A DNA stretch of 64,000 bases from Bacillota bacterium (GTDB lineage Bacteria > Bacillota > DTU025): contig JBMNJT010000002.1 of assembly GCA_050951805.1 (NCBI GenBank), forward strand, positions 1,024,001 to 1,088,000, read 5' to 3'. Shown here piece after piece: positions 25,560-35,386 of the stretch (positions are counted from its first letter, which is position 1; every line of letters begins with the position of its first letter). Below the pieces are notes generated by a model that saw only the letters and a program-made list of their open reading frames with translations, was not told the DNA's origin and ran no database searches. The position numbers were made by a program, and so were the translations under genes.

Positions 25560-26402
25560 ATGGGCTTTAGTTGGTATCCGGGACACATGGCCAAGGCAGT
25601 ATCCCAGATCAAGCAGAGCATGAAGCTGATCGACGTAGTCATCGAGATTCTTGATGCCCGGGCTCCGAGATCTACAGAAAACAGGGAGTTTGCGGAGGCT
25701 GTCGGCAACAAGCCCAGGATCGTGGTGCTGAACAAGGCGGATCTGGCAGATCCAGTTGCCACTAGAGCATGGGTCGATTGCTACACGGAAGCGGGAATTT
25801 GCGCCGTTCCTACCAATTGCCGAACAGGCGAAGGTGTAGCGGAGGTCATCGCCGCGGCGTCTGCCGCGGCCAAGGCGGGAGCGGGCCCGGACGTTCAGAG
25901 AGGACCTTCGCGTGTTCGATTCCGCACAGCTGTGTTGGGCATTCCCAATGTGGGGAAATCTTCATTCATAAATAGGGCCGCTAAGCGAGCGAGGGTGAAA
26001 ACGGGTGATCGCCCCGGGGTCACCCGGGCTAAGCAGTGGATTGTGATCGACCGCAATCTCGAGATGCTTGACACTCCTGGGATCATGCCGCCTCGCGTCG
26101 ATGATAGGGGTGTTTGGTTTGCCTTGGCCGCTCTCGGCTGTTTGGATCAGTCCATATACGATGTGGAAGCCCTTGCTACGGGACTTATAGCTCGGCTCGA
26201 CAGCGTGGGTCTGGCCGCGTATCGTAGTCGATACGGGGTGTGTGAGGGGTGCGCCGATCCCCATGAGGCTCTGAAGCATGTTGCACGGAGCCGTGGGTGC
26301 ATGATGGCTGGAGGCGAGTTGGACATGGCGCGAGCCGCGGATATCCTGGTGAGGGATTTCAGGTCAGGGAAGCTCGGTCGTGCAACTTTGGAAATGCCAT
26401 GA
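25560..26402 (+). CDS. rbgA: Ribosome biogenesis GTPase RbgA/YlqF
   Basis: WYPGHMAKA, DARAP, NKADL, GIPNVGKSS, PGVT, DTPG and FRSGKLG. Confidence 0.96.
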   Translation: MGFSWYPGHMAKAVSQIKQSMKLIDVVIEILDARAPRSTENREFAEAVGNKPRIVVLNKADLADPVATRAWVDCYTEAGICAVPTNCRTGEGVAEVIAAASAAAKAGAGPDVQRGPSRVRFRTAVLGIPNVGKSSFINRAAKRARVKTGDRPGVTRAKQWIVIDRNLEMLDTPGIMPPRVDDRGVWFALAALGCLDQSIYDVEALATGLIARLDSVGLAAYRSRYGVCEGCADPHEALKHVARSRGCMMAGGELDMARAADILVRDFRSGKLGRATLEMP

Positions 26403-27052
26403 CTGGAATAATGGCTGAAGAAGTTGTTCGGAGCGATATTGCCATGTTCGATGATTCCCTGAGAAACGCGGGGTTCCACGTGATTGCCGGGGTGGATGAG
26501 GCCGGACGGGGGCCACTTGCTGGACCAGTAGTGGCGGCAGTAGTTGTGCTGCGTGAAGGATCTTACCTGCCCGGGGTGGATGATTCAAAACGCCTTTCCG
26601 CCAAGAGAAGGCAGGCAGTCCTAGAAGAGATCATGGAAAGCGCTCTTGAGGTTGGGGTAGGAGTCGCGTGGCAAGATGAGATAGATGAAGTCAACATTAG
26701 GGTGGCTTCTCTCCGCGCGATGTCGCGGGCGGTGGATCAGTTGTCTGTCGTTCCGAATTTGGTTTTGGTGGACGGTAAGGATCTTCCGGATCTGCGCTTG
26801 CCTGCAGTGGCTTTGGTTCGAGGGGATGCAAGGAGCCAGTCGGTTGCAGCGGCGTCCATATTGGCAAAGGTCGTTCGCGATGCATTGATGTGCGAACTTG
26901 CCATTGTATATCCAGAATACGGTTTTGAGCGGCACAAGGGTTATCCCACTCCCGAACACCTGCGAAACCTGGCGGCTTTTGGGCCATGCGCTCTGCACAG
27001 GAAGACTTTTCGCGGGGTGAGTCAGTCAGCTGATGAATCTGTAGATACATAG
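26399..27052 (+). CDS. rnhB: Ribonuclease HII
   Basis: AGVDEAGRGPLAGPV, DDSK.LS, AAASILAKV.RD and HKGYPT. Confidence 0.96.
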   Translation: MTGIMAEEVVRSDIAMFDDSLRNAGFHVIAGVDEAGRGPLAGPVVAAVVVLREGSYLPGVDDSKRLSAKRRQAVLEEIMESALEVGVGVAWQDEIDEVNIRVASLRAMSRAVDQLSVVPNLVLVDGKDLPDLRLPAVALVRGDARSQSVAAASILAKVVRDALMCELAIVYPEYGFERHKGYPTPEHLRNLAAFGPCALHRKTFRGVSQSADESVDT

Positions 27053-27071
27053 CTAGTCCCAAATGGTGAGT

Positions 27072-27099
27072 ATCGCCCGAAAGGGCGATTTTTGCTTTT
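27072..27099 (+). terminator. Rho-independent terminator after rnhB
   Basis: ATCGCCC-gaaa-GGGCGAT-TTTTGCTTTT. Confidence 0.75.
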
Positions 27100-27102
27100 G
27101 TG

Positions 27103-27130
27103 GGAGGAAATGGCGGACACGGGGCAGAAC
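27103..27130 (+). promoter_or_regulatory. SigH-type promoter upstream of yraN-comM-dprA
   Basis: GGAGGAAAT-N12-GCAGAAC, one mismatch in the -10, immediately after a terminator. Confidence 0.5.
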
Positions 27131-27153
27131 ATAGTGGTTGAGGAGATGCGTGG

Positions 27154-27519
27154 ATGGGTTCACAGGATGTAGGCAGGGCTGGGGAGGAGTTTGCTCGCTC
27201 GTACGTGGAGCGCCTTGGCTATGCGATTCTTGGCTGCAATATGCGTTTTGGGAGAAAAGAAGTCGACATTCTCGCGGTGGATGGCGACACCTTGGTGGTA
27301 ATCGAAGTCAAGACGAGGCTCACTTGGGATTATGGAATGCCTGAAGAGCAGATAAGTGCGGCCAAACTCCGTTCCCTTAAGCAGATTGCGTCGGTGGTTT
27401 CTGCGGCGTGCGGCGGCGCTACTGTGCGTGTAGATGTGATCTCGATAAGGGCTTTTGGGTTTGGTGCCTGCGGACTTAGAGATGCAAATCTATCACATAT
27501 CAAGAACGTGATATCATGA
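27154..27519 (+). CDS. yraN: YraN family (UPF0102) nuclease
   Basis: G..GE..A..Y....GY.IL..N.R, E.DI.A, LV.IEVKTR and R.DVI. Confidence 0.9.
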   Translation: MGSQDVGRAGEEFARSYVERLGYAILGCNMRFGRKEVDILAVDGDTLVVIEVKTRLTWDYGMPEEQISAAKLRSLKQIASVVSAACGGATVRVDVISIRAFGFGACGLRDANLSHIKNVIS

Positions 27520-27525
27520 TGCTTT

Positions 27526-29076
27526 TTGGAGGAGATGTCAGTGCTCTCTGCGGCGAGAGGATGCGCATTACAGGGCATAACCGGCATGTCTGTGACTGTC
27601 GAATGCGACCTTGCGCGCGGCCTGCCTTCATTTGACATTGTAGGCTTGCCCGATCCCACAGTCAGAGAGTCTCGCGAACGTGTGAGGGCTGCGATCAGGA
27701 ATTCTGGTTATGAGTTTCCACTCTCCAGGATTACCGTCAATCTTGCGCCGGCTGATGTACGAAAGGTCGGCGTTGGGCTCGACCTTCCAATAGCCGTTTC
27801 AATACTGGCGGCATCGGGCCAATCCCCTCATAAAGGACTCGAAGGGATTACCTTCATAGGGGAGCTCTCTCTTGAGGGGGTAATAAGGCCGGTTCGGGGA
27901 GTATTGCCGGCATGTGCCGGGGCGCGTGAGGCAGGAAGCACCGTAGTGGTAGTGCCTGTGGAAAATGCGGGGGAAGCTATGTGCATTCCGGAGGTCTCGG
28001 TGGTGGCTGCGCGAACTCTTCAAGAGGTTGTGAGGTTTCTGGAGACTGGCATAGTCCCAAATCGGGACATCTCAACTAAGCATGCGCATTTGGGTGCAAA
28101 TCTAGGGCCCGACTTTTCACAGGTAATCGGGCAAGCCGCCACTGTGCGCGCTTTGGAGGTCGCTGTTGCAGGCGGCCACAATATCATCATGGTTGGCCCG
28201 CCTGGTGCCGGCAAGACGCTGATGGCGTCGTGCGTTCCATCTGTGCTGCCAGCGATGGATCGCGAGGAGGCAATAGAGGTCACGTCGATACAGAGCATCA
28301 TGGGCTTGGTGGATGGGCGGGGCCTTGCCGTCAGCCGGCCTTTTAGGAATCCCCACCATTCGATTACTCCCGCAGGGATGCTGGGAGGAGGGAATCCTCC
28401 AATGCCCGGAGAGGTTACATTGGCGCACAGAGGCGTGCTTTACCTGGATGAATACTGTGAGTACCGCCAGGCAGTTCTCCAATGTCTGCGGAGTCCTATG
28501 GAGGATGGATTCGTTGTTATCTCCCGTTCTCACGTACAGGTTGCTTTTCCTTCTAGGTTCATGCTGGTTGCGTCGGCCAATCCATGCCCTTGCGGGTATC
28601 TTGGGGATTCAGAGCGTCCGTGCGTGTGTAGCGGGGCACAGGTTCAAAGGTACAGAAGGAAGTTGTCGGGTCCTGTCATTGATAGGATCGATATTCAGAT
28701 AGAGGCACCCCGTGTGAGCCGCGCCGATCTACAAGGGCATTCTGCGGGCCGCTCGTCTGACAAGATCCGCGCCAATGTGAGCGAAGCTAGGGAAAGGCAG
28801 AGGCGGCGCTTTGGGAACCCCATTGTAACAAATTCGTGCATGGACCCTCGCAATATCGAACACGCAGCAATGCTCTCGCCTATTGCCGGGGCCTTGCTGT
28901 ATGAAGCCGTTGACAAGATGGCCCTTTCAGCAAGGGCCTGCCACAAGCTTATAAAGGTGGCCAGAACTATCGCGGATTTGGACGCTTCTGCCCGGATCAA
29001 AGACGATCACGTGCTTGAAGCGCTTCAATACAGGGCGCTCGATTCGGCAGAGATAGCGAGGTGTTCACATGGATGA
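27526..29076 (+). CDS. comM: ComM/YifB Mg-chelatase-like AAA+ ATPase
   Basis: GLP...VRESRERVR.A..NSG, NLAPAD..K.G, GPPGAGKT, RPFR.PHH, PGEVTLAH.GVL.LDE, NPCPCG and ARTIADL; start 27526 or 27535. Confidence 0.95.
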   Translation: MEEMSVLSAARGCALQGITGMSVTVECDLARGLPSFDIVGLPDPTVRESRERVRAAIRNSGYEFPLSRITVNLAPADVRKVGVGLDLPIAVSILAASGQSPHKGLEGITFIGELSLEGVIRPVRGVLPACAGAREAGSTVVVVPVENAGEAMCIPEVSVVAARTLQEVVRFLETGIVPNRDISTKHAHLGANLGPDFSQVIGQAATVRALEVAVAGGHNIIMVGPPGAGKTLMASCVPSVLPAMDREEAIEVTSIQSIMGLVDGRGLAVSRPFRNPHHSITPAGMLGGGNPPMPGEVTLAHRGVLYLDEYCEYRQAVLQCLRSPMEDGFVVISRSHVQVAFPSRFMLVASANPCPCGYLGDSERPCVCSGAQVQRYRRKLSGPVIDRIDIQIEAPRVSRADLQGHSAGRSSDKIRANVSEARERQRRRFGNPIVTNSCMDPRNIEHAAMLSPIAGALLYEAVDKMALSARACHKLIKVARTIADLDASARIKDDHVLEALQYRALDSAEIARCSHG

Positions 29077-30217
29077 TAAGGAGCCTAAGCTGAGATGGGA
29101 GAATGTAGCTGAGCCTGAGGGAAAGGAACTTGCTGCGTGGGTTTTCTGGAATTCGGTCCCGGGTTTTGGGTCGCGGAGCTTCCTGCGCATGCTGGAGGAC
29201 TACGGATCGGCCGTCGAGGGCCTTCATGCCGCAAAACATGGCGGGAAACCGCCTGCTTATGCCCGGCGCGCCCAATGGAATTGGGCGGGAAGGGTTCACG
29301 ATCCTCTCTGCATGGGGATGACCGAGATAGCCAAGGCCTCGAGTATATCGGCGCGTGTGATTCCCTGCCCGTCCCGGCTGTATCCTGCGCCATTGCGCAA
29401 TATTCCTGATCCGCCCATCGTCCTGTATGTGTTGGGGAAAGGGGAATTGACGGAGGTTCCCTGGGCTGCAATGGTTGGCTCCAGGCAAGCTACTGCTTAT
29501 GGCATCTCGATTGCCAGAAGATACGGGCGCATGCTTGCGTCTGCCGGCATTGGTGTAGTAAGCGGGCTTGCCCGGGGAATAGATGCCGCTGCCCACCGTG
29601 GTGCTATCGAGGGAGGAGGACCCACGGTAGGGGTTCTCGGCGCGGGAATGGGCGATGATATGACAGGGAGGCTCAAAAAGCTGATACGGGAGGTGGCCGC
29701 ATGCGGATGTGTAATATCGCCTTTTCCTATGGGATGGGCGGCTAGCAAGGACACTTTTCCCGCCCGAAATAGGATCATAAGCGGCATGTCGGAGGTGTGC
29801 ATAGTGGTGGAGGCGGCCGAGAAGAGCGGTGCCAAGATCACCGCGGACTTCGCCAATGAGCATGGGAAGGATGTATTCGCTGTCCCCGGCGATATCAACA
29901 GGCCGACCTCTGTAGGAGCTAACCAGCTGCTTTCGACTCATGCCGAACCATTGCTCGACATTGGCGACGTCATTGATCGGATTGCATCAAGGGGTCTTCT
30001 TGCCAGAACCCATGGCCCGACGGCTCGTATTTCAGGAGGCGTTCTTGCACCTGTGGATCGCGCTGTGCTGGAATCATTGACTGTGAACACAAGTTTTGAG
30101 AGAATTCAGACAGACTTGGGATTGCCCGCTCAGGAGCTTTTGGTCTCTTTGGCGCGGCTGGAATTCGCGGGCCTGGTAGACCGGGAACCTGGCATGCGAT
30201 ACAGCAAACGGTGCTAG
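29069..30217 (+). CDS. dprA: DNA-protecting protein DprA
   Basis: YP..L..IPDPP..LY..G, VGSR..T.YG, VSGLARGID..AH, FP.RNRIISG and VVEA...SG...TA. Confidence 0.95.
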   Translation: MDDKEPKLRWENVAEPEGKELAAWVFWNSVPGFGSRSFLRMLEDYGSAVEGLHAAKHGGKPPAYARRAQWNWAGRVHDPLCMGMTEIAKASSISARVIPCPSRLYPAPLRNIPDPPIVLYVLGKGELTEVPWAAMVGSRQATAYGISIARRYGRMLASAGIGVVSGLARGIDAAAHRGAIEGGGPTVGVLGAGMGDDMTGRLKKLIREVAACGCVISPFPMGWAASKDTFPARNRIISGMSEVCIVVEAAEKSGAKITADFANEHGKDVFAVPGDINRPTSVGANQLLSTHAEPLLDIGDVIDRIASRGLLARTHGPTARISGGVLAPVDRAVLESLTVNTSFERIQTDLGLPAQELLVSLARLEFAGLVDREPGMRYSKRC

Positions 30218-30269
30218 AAAACGTGCTGTGGCCGGTGCCTGATGTGGCATGCTCCAGGGCTTCTCGATG

Positions 30270-30298
30270 TTGACCTGGCATTCTGCCTAGGTTAAACT
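30270..30298 (+). promoter_or_regulatory. SigA-type promoter of topA
   Basis: TTGACC-17 nt-TAAACT. Confidence 0.55.
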
Positions 30299-30330
30299 GT
30301 TTTTGATATCCAGACTTTGGAGGTGCCCGT

Positions 30331-32457
30331 ATGGGAAAGACTCTCGTAATAGTGGAGTCGCCAGCTAAAGTAAAGACGTTATCAAAATTCCTTGGGCGCC
30401 AGTATGCACTGAAGGCGTCAGTTGGTCACGTGAGAGACTTGCCTAAGAGCCAGTTGGGAGTGGATGTCGATAATGACTACGCTCCAAAATACATTACGAT
30501 CCGCGGCAAAGGCGATGTGATACGCGACTTGAAGGAGTCCGCGAAAAAGGCAGACAGGATACTCTTGGCCACAGACCCTGATCGTGAGGGAGAGGCTATT
30601 TCGTGGCATCTAGCCTACATACTTGGCGTGGATCCGGAATCAGATTGCCGGATCGAGTTTAACGAGATTACTGAGAACGCTGTCAAGAACGCGATAAAGG
30701 CCCCACGCCCAATCGACATGGGCAGAGTTGAGGCGCAGCAGGCTAGGCGCGTGCTTGACAGGCTTGTTGGATACAAGCTCAGCCCTTTCCTTTGGAAGAA
30801 GGTTCGCCCTGGGCTTTCGGCCGGTCGCGTTCAGTCATCTGCTCTGAAGATAATATGTGATCGCGAGCGCGAGATAGAGGCCTTCGAGTCAGAGGAGTAC
30901 TGGACTCTCGGTGCCGAGCTTTCTCCAAAGCCCAGAGGCCGCAGCTTTGAGGCGAGGTTCATTCCCGAAGAAGACAAGCGTCTTTCGAAGGAAGAGGTAG
31001 ATGCGGTCATTGCTGATTTGGAGGGAGCCGATTACGTAGTAGGGTCGATAAACGTTAGAGACCAGGCCAGAAAGCCGGCGCCTCCCTTCATCACAAGCAC
31101 GCTGCAGCAAGAGGCATTCAGAAAACTGGGGTTTTCAGGCAAACGCACTATGTCAAATGCCCAGGCGCTTTATGAAGGCGTCGAAGTTGCCGGAGAGGGG
31201 CATGTGGCGCTTATCACGTACATGCGCACAGATTCCACTAGGGTAGCCCAGGAGGCGCAGGCAGCTGCCAGAGATTACGTGCGCAAGACGTGGGGAGCGA
31301 AGTATGTTCCGAAATCTCCGAGAGTTTATGCCTCCAGAAAAGGGGCACAGGATGCCCACGAGGCTATCAGGCCTACGTCCGTGGAGCGCACGCCAGAAAG
31401 CCTCAAGGGAAGCCTAGGCCGTGACCAGCTCAGGCTGTATACTCTCATCTGGTCAAGGTTCATGGCCAGCCAGATGTCGGATGCTGTTAACGAGATCACG
31501 TCAGTCGACATATCTGCGGGCGAGCACAGATTCCGCGCAACAGGCCAGAAGGTGAAGTTCGACGGATTCACCGTGATCTACACGGAGGGCCGTGATGATG
31601 AAAGTTCTAAGAACGATGACAAGCGCCAGCTTCCCGCCCTCGAAGTCGGGCAGCGGCTCGATCTGGTGCAGCTCCTCCCAGAGCAGCATTTTACGCAGCC
31701 TCCGCCACGGTATACTGAGGCCACTTTGGTCAAGGAACTGGAAAAACACGGCATTGGGCGCCCAAGCACTTATGCGCCGATAATTGACACTTTGCGAAAA
31801 AGGGACTACGCGACGCTTGACAGGAAACGTTTCGTCCCAACTGAGGTCGGGTTTGCTGTTTGCGATCTCTTGAGCGAGTATTTTCCTTCTGTGGTGGACT
31901 TGGAGTTTACAGCAAAGATGGAGGAAAAGCTAGACAGCATAGAGGAGAACGAAGCTGATTGGGTCAGCGTCACTGACGAGTTCTATAAGCCATTTGCGCA
32001 GAAACTTGCCGAAGCTGAAGAACTCGCCGAGAAGGTTGTGATCGAAGACGAGCCTATCGGCGAGGCATGCCCCGAATGCGGCGCCGAGCTAGTCATAAAA
32101 AGCGGACGTTATGGCAAGTTCATTGCTTGCCCCATGTATCCTAAATGCACGTATAGGCGGAGCATAGTGAAGAAGCTGGACGTGAAGTGCCCGAAATGCG
32201 GCGGGGATGTAGTCGAACGGAGGAGCAAGAAGGGACGAACTTTCTATGGTTGTTCCAACTATCCCAATTGCAATTTCGTGGCGTGGAATCGCCCGTCGAA
32301 GGTTAGTTGCCCGATGTGCGGCTCGTTTACCACTGTGAGGCAGAGGAAGGACGAGATGATCTACAAATGCGCTGATGCCGAATGTGGGCATACATGGAAG
32401 GAGGCCGCAGACTCCGGCAGTGGCGCACAACAGGGAGGGACCGGGGTTGCAGAATGA
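30331..32457 (+). CDS. topA: DNA topoisomerase I
   Basis: LVIVESPAK, ATDPDREGEAI, SAGRVQS, ITYMRTDS, AHEAIRPT, GIGRPSTY and C-terminal zinc ribbons. Confidence 0.98.
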   Translation: MGKTLVIVESPAKVKTLSKFLGRQYALKASVGHVRDLPKSQLGVDVDNDYAPKYITIRGKGDVIRDLKESAKKADRILLATDPDREGEAISWHLAYILGVDPESDCRIEFNEITENAVKNAIKAPRPIDMGRVEAQQARRVLDRLVGYKLSPFLWKKVRPGLSAGRVQSSALKIICDREREIEAFESEEYWTLGAELSPKPRGRSFEARFIPEEDKRLSKEEVDAVIADLEGADYVVGSINVRDQARKPAPPFITSTLQQEAFRKLGFSGKRTMSNAQALYEGVEVAGEGHVALITYMRTDSTRVAQEAQAAARDYVRKTWGAKYVPKSPRVYASRKGAQDAHEAIRPTSVERTPESLKGSLGRDQLRLYTLIWSRFMASQMSDAVNEITSVDISAGEHRFRATGQKVKFDGFTVIYTEGRDDESSKNDDKRQLPALEVGQRLDLVQLLPEQHFTQPPPRYTEATLVKELEKHGIGRPSTYAPIIDTLRKRDYATLDRKRFVPTEVGFAVCDLLSEYFPSVVDLEFTAKMEEKLDSIEENEADWVSVTDEFYKPFAQKLAEAEELAEKVVIEDEPIGEACPECGAELVIKSGRYGKFIACPMYPKCTYRRSIVKKLDVKCPKCGGDVVERRSKKGRTFYGCSNYPNCNFVAWNRPSKVSCPMCGSFTTVRQRKDEMIYKCADAECGHTWKEAADSGSGAQQGGTGVAE

Positions 32458-33763
32458 GGTTATCGTTATCGGCGCCGGCCTTGCAGGGAGTGAAGCCGCT
32501 TGGCAGGCTTCGCAGATGGGCGCGGATGTCAAGTTGTATGAGATGCGCCCAATCGTGTCAACTCCTGCACATTCCACTGGCAATTTCGCCGAACTCGTCT
32601 GCAGCAACTCTCTCGGGTCTGATCGAGAGGGGACCGCTCCCGGATTGCTCAAAGAGGAGCTTCGGGCATTAGGCTCCATTATAATGCGTTGCGCCGACAG
32701 GACACGTGTTCCTGCAGGACAGGCTCTCGCGGTTGACAGGGGGCTTTTCAGTGCTCTAGTTACAAAGGAGCTCGAGGCGGCGCCGAATATAGAGGTGATC
32801 CGGGAGGAAGTTGTCAGGGTGCCTCGGGAGGGCGTGGTGGTTATTGCCACTGGCCCCCTCACGTCCCCGGCTTTCTCGGAAGAAATCGCATCGTTGCTCG
32901 GCACCGACCACCTTTACTTTTTTGACGCTATGGCTCCCATAATAAGCGGTCATTCTGTAAATTGGTCACGTGCATATTGGGCATCAAGATACGGCAGGGG
33001 TGATTCGGATTACGCGAACTGTGCCATGAACAGGGAAGAATACGAGTGGTTTTGGGAAAATTTGATTGAAGCTGAGACAGCAGAGATGCATGAGTTCGAA
33101 TCTCTCCAGCTGTTTGAGGGGTGTATGCCAATCGAGGAGATTGCCAGACGGGGCCGTGACACTCTGCGCTACGGCCCTTTGAAACCGGTTGGCCTTGTCG
33201 ATCCTCGCACCGGTAGGCGACCTTATGCTGTTGTCCAGTTGCGCAGGGAGAATGTGCCGGGCTCCCTCTTTAACATGGTCGGGTTTCAGACAAGGCTCAA
33301 ACAAGGGGAGCAGAGTCGTGTTTTCCGGATGATACCAGGCCTCGAAGAGGCGGAGTTTGTCCGTTATGGGATGATGCACAGGAACACCTTTGTGAACGGA
33401 CCTGAACACCTGAGCGCAACCCTTCAACTCACAGAAAGTGAGCGGATCTTCATGGCGGGCCAGATCACAGGGGTGGAGGGTTACATGGAATCTGTTGCGA
33501 CGGGTCTTGTGTGCGGGATGAATGCGGGCAGATTGGCCATGGGAAAGGATCCATTGACGTTCCCGAGCAAGACTGCCATCGGTTCGCTCTGTTCTTACGT
33601 TTCTACTCCGTGCAAAGGCAGGTATCAGCCGATGAATGTCAACTTTGGTCTGCTCCCAGAGCCTCCGAGAGCGCTCAAGAAGAATGAGAGACGGATGTGG
33701 AAGGTTGCTTTGGCGAGGCAGTCTTTGCATGATTTTGCAGGTTCGTTGAGGGGCGGCTGTTAG
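32447..33763 (+). CDS. trmFO: Folate/FAD-dependent tRNA m5U54 methyltransferase
   Basis: VIGAGLAGSEAAWQ, ELVCSNS, PAG.ALAVDR, FEGCMPIE, GFQT.L and AGQITGVEGY.ES. Confidence 0.96.
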   Translation: MQNEVIVIGAGLAGSEAAWQASQMGADVKLYEMRPIVSTPAHSTGNFAELVCSNSLGSDREGTAPGLLKEELRALGSIIMRCADRTRVPAGQALAVDRGLFSALVTKELEAAPNIEVIREEVVRVPREGVVVIATGPLTSPAFSEEIASLLGTDHLYFFDAMAPIISGHSVNWSRAYWASRYGRGDSDYANCAMNREEYEWFWENLIEAETAEMHEFESLQLFEGCMPIEEIARRGRDTLRYGPLKPVGLVDPRTGRRPYAVVQLRRENVPGSLFNMVGFQTRLKQGEQSRVFRMIPGLEEAEFVRYGMMHRNTFVNGPEHLSATLQLTESERIFMAGQITGVEGYMESVATGLVCGMNAGRLAMGKDPLTFPSKTAIGSLCSYVSTPCKGRYQPMNVNFGLLPEPPRALKKNERRMWKVALARQSLHDFAGSLRGGC

Positions 33764-33883
33764 GCGCGCTGGCCTCAAGTATTGCAATCCCGGCCCAGGC
33801 TCGAGAATAACCTATTCTCCGTCATGTCGGGTTCCGTGTCGCCGGAGCGCGATTTTGCCGGGACGGCTGTGGAGTGGATTCTT

Positions 33884-34786
33884 TTGGACCATTTAGACGA
33901 TTTTGCCCGTTACCTGGAGGCAGAACGCAACTTGTCTCCTAGGACGGTGGATGCATACATTAGGGATGTTGGGCAATTCATATCCTTCTGCGAAAAGAGC
34001 GGGACGTGGCAGGGGATTGCAGGCACAGGAGTCGATGCTTATCAGCTGAGCATGCTCAGGAAGTATCTTGCTACACTCCAATCCCGTGGGCTTGCCCATA
34101 GCAGCATATCTAGGAAGATGAGCGCTATCAGGTCATACTTGAAGTTCCTTGCGCGGGAGGGCGTTATCGAATCGAACCCTACTGTCGCCATGTCGCAGGT
34201 CAGGCGCCCTAGGAGGCTGCCTCGGACACTGTCGCAGCAGGAGGTGGAGCGCCTGATATCCGTCTGTGGCGACGGTTCCCCGCTTGATATCAGGGATCGG
34301 GCCATCCTCGAGCTGTTGTATTCGTCTGGGATAAGATTGGCAGAACTGGTGGGACTGGATGTTAAAGATTACAATGCCTCGTCAGGGACTGTTCGCGTTT
34401 TCGGAAAGGGCGCTAAGGAACGGATAGCTCCCGTGGGACAACCGGCGGTGCGGGCGCTTGATGACTACATAGCCAATGCCCGACCTCACCTTGCGTCCAA
34501 CAGCGAAGAGACGGCGCTTTTTCTGAACAGAGGCGGGGGGAGGCTCTCAGGGCGTTCAGTGGAGCGGATGATGAAAAAGCGCTTGATGGAGGCAGGACTT
34601 CCGCAGACGGCGACCCCCCATTCAATGCGCCACTCGTTTGCAACTCATCTGACTGATTCAGGGGCAGACCTCCGCGCGGTCCAGGAGCTTCTCGGGCACG
34701 CCGACATTTCGACTACGCAGATTTACACGAGTGTCTCGAAAGAGAGGCTATACAGGGTATACAACAAGACCCATCCGAGGGCATAG
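33884..34786 (+). CDS. xerC: Tyrosine recombinase XerC/CodV
   Basis: RDRAILELLYSSGIR, GKG.KER, HSMRHSFATH and LGH....TTQIY; in the trmFO-xerC-hslVU-codY operon. Start uncertain (ORF open from 33782). Confidence 0.92.
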   Translation: MDHLDDFARYLEAERNLSPRTVDAYIRDVGQFISFCEKSGTWQGIAGTGVDAYQLSMLRKYLATLQSRGLAHSSISRKMSAIRSYLKFLAREGVIESNPTVAMSQVRRPRRLPRTLSQQEVERLISVCGDGSPLDIRDRAILELLYSSGIRLAELVGLDVKDYNASSGTVRVFGKGAKERIAPVGQPAVRALDDYIANARPHLASNSEETALFLNRGGGRLSGRSVERMMKKRLMEAGLPQTATPHSMRHSFATHLTDSGADLRAVQELLGHADISTTQIYTSVSKERLYRVYNKTHPRA

Positions 34787-34822
34787 GTTCTTTTTTCAGT
34801 TCATTAGGAGGCTTCAGACAGA

Positions 34823-35371
34823 ATGAATGAATCAGATTCAATAAGGATGACTGGCACGACCGTTGTAGCCGTCATTCGTGATGGGAAGTGCGCCATGGGT
34901 TCCGACGGCCAGGTAACCTTGGGGGATACCGTCGTCAAACACGGGGCCCGCAAGATCCGGAAACTGTCTGACTGGAATGTGCTGGCTGGTTTCGCCGGTT
35001 CGGCTTCTGACTCTATGGCGCTTCTTGAGCGCTTTGAAGGCAAGCTCTCTGAATACAAGGGTAACCTTGTTCGGGCAGCGAGCGACCTTGGCCGGGAGTG
35101 GCGCACAGACCGGGTCTTGAGAAGGTTGGAGGCTATGATGATAGTCACTGACGGAAACAGGATACTGCTACTTTCAGGAAATGGCGAGGTCCTGGAACCG
35201 GATGACGCCATCACCGCCGTGGGCTCCGGAGGCCCATATGCCTTGGCTGCGGGAAGGGCTCTTCTCAGGAATACAGACCTTGAGGCTGTGGAGATAGTCC
35301 GCAAGTCGCTGGAGATCGCATCCGAGATTTGCATATACACGAACGGAAAGATCAACATAGAGGAATTGTAG
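34823..35371 (+). CDS. hslV: ATP-dependent protease peptidase subunit HslV/ClpQ
   Basis: GTTVVAV, DGQVTLG, AGFAGS..D, GSGG.YA and EICIYTN. Confidence 0.96.
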   Translation: MNESDSIRMTGTTVVAVIRDGKCAMGSDGQVTLGDTVVKHGARKIRKLSDWNVLAGFAGSASDSMALLERFEGKLSEYKGNLVRAASDLGREWRTDRVLRRLEAMMIVTDGNRILLLSGNGEVLEPDDAITAVGSGGPYALAAGRALLRNTDLEAVEIVRKSLEIASEICIYTNGKINIEEL

Positions 35372-35386
35372 TCGGGAGGCGTTGTA

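Noticed and set aside
33782-34786. Tyrosine recombinase as a sign of a prophage or integrative element
   Set aside because: It is the housekeeping XerC/CodV in the conserved trmFO-xerC-hslVU-codY operon, with no att-like repeats or cargo nearby
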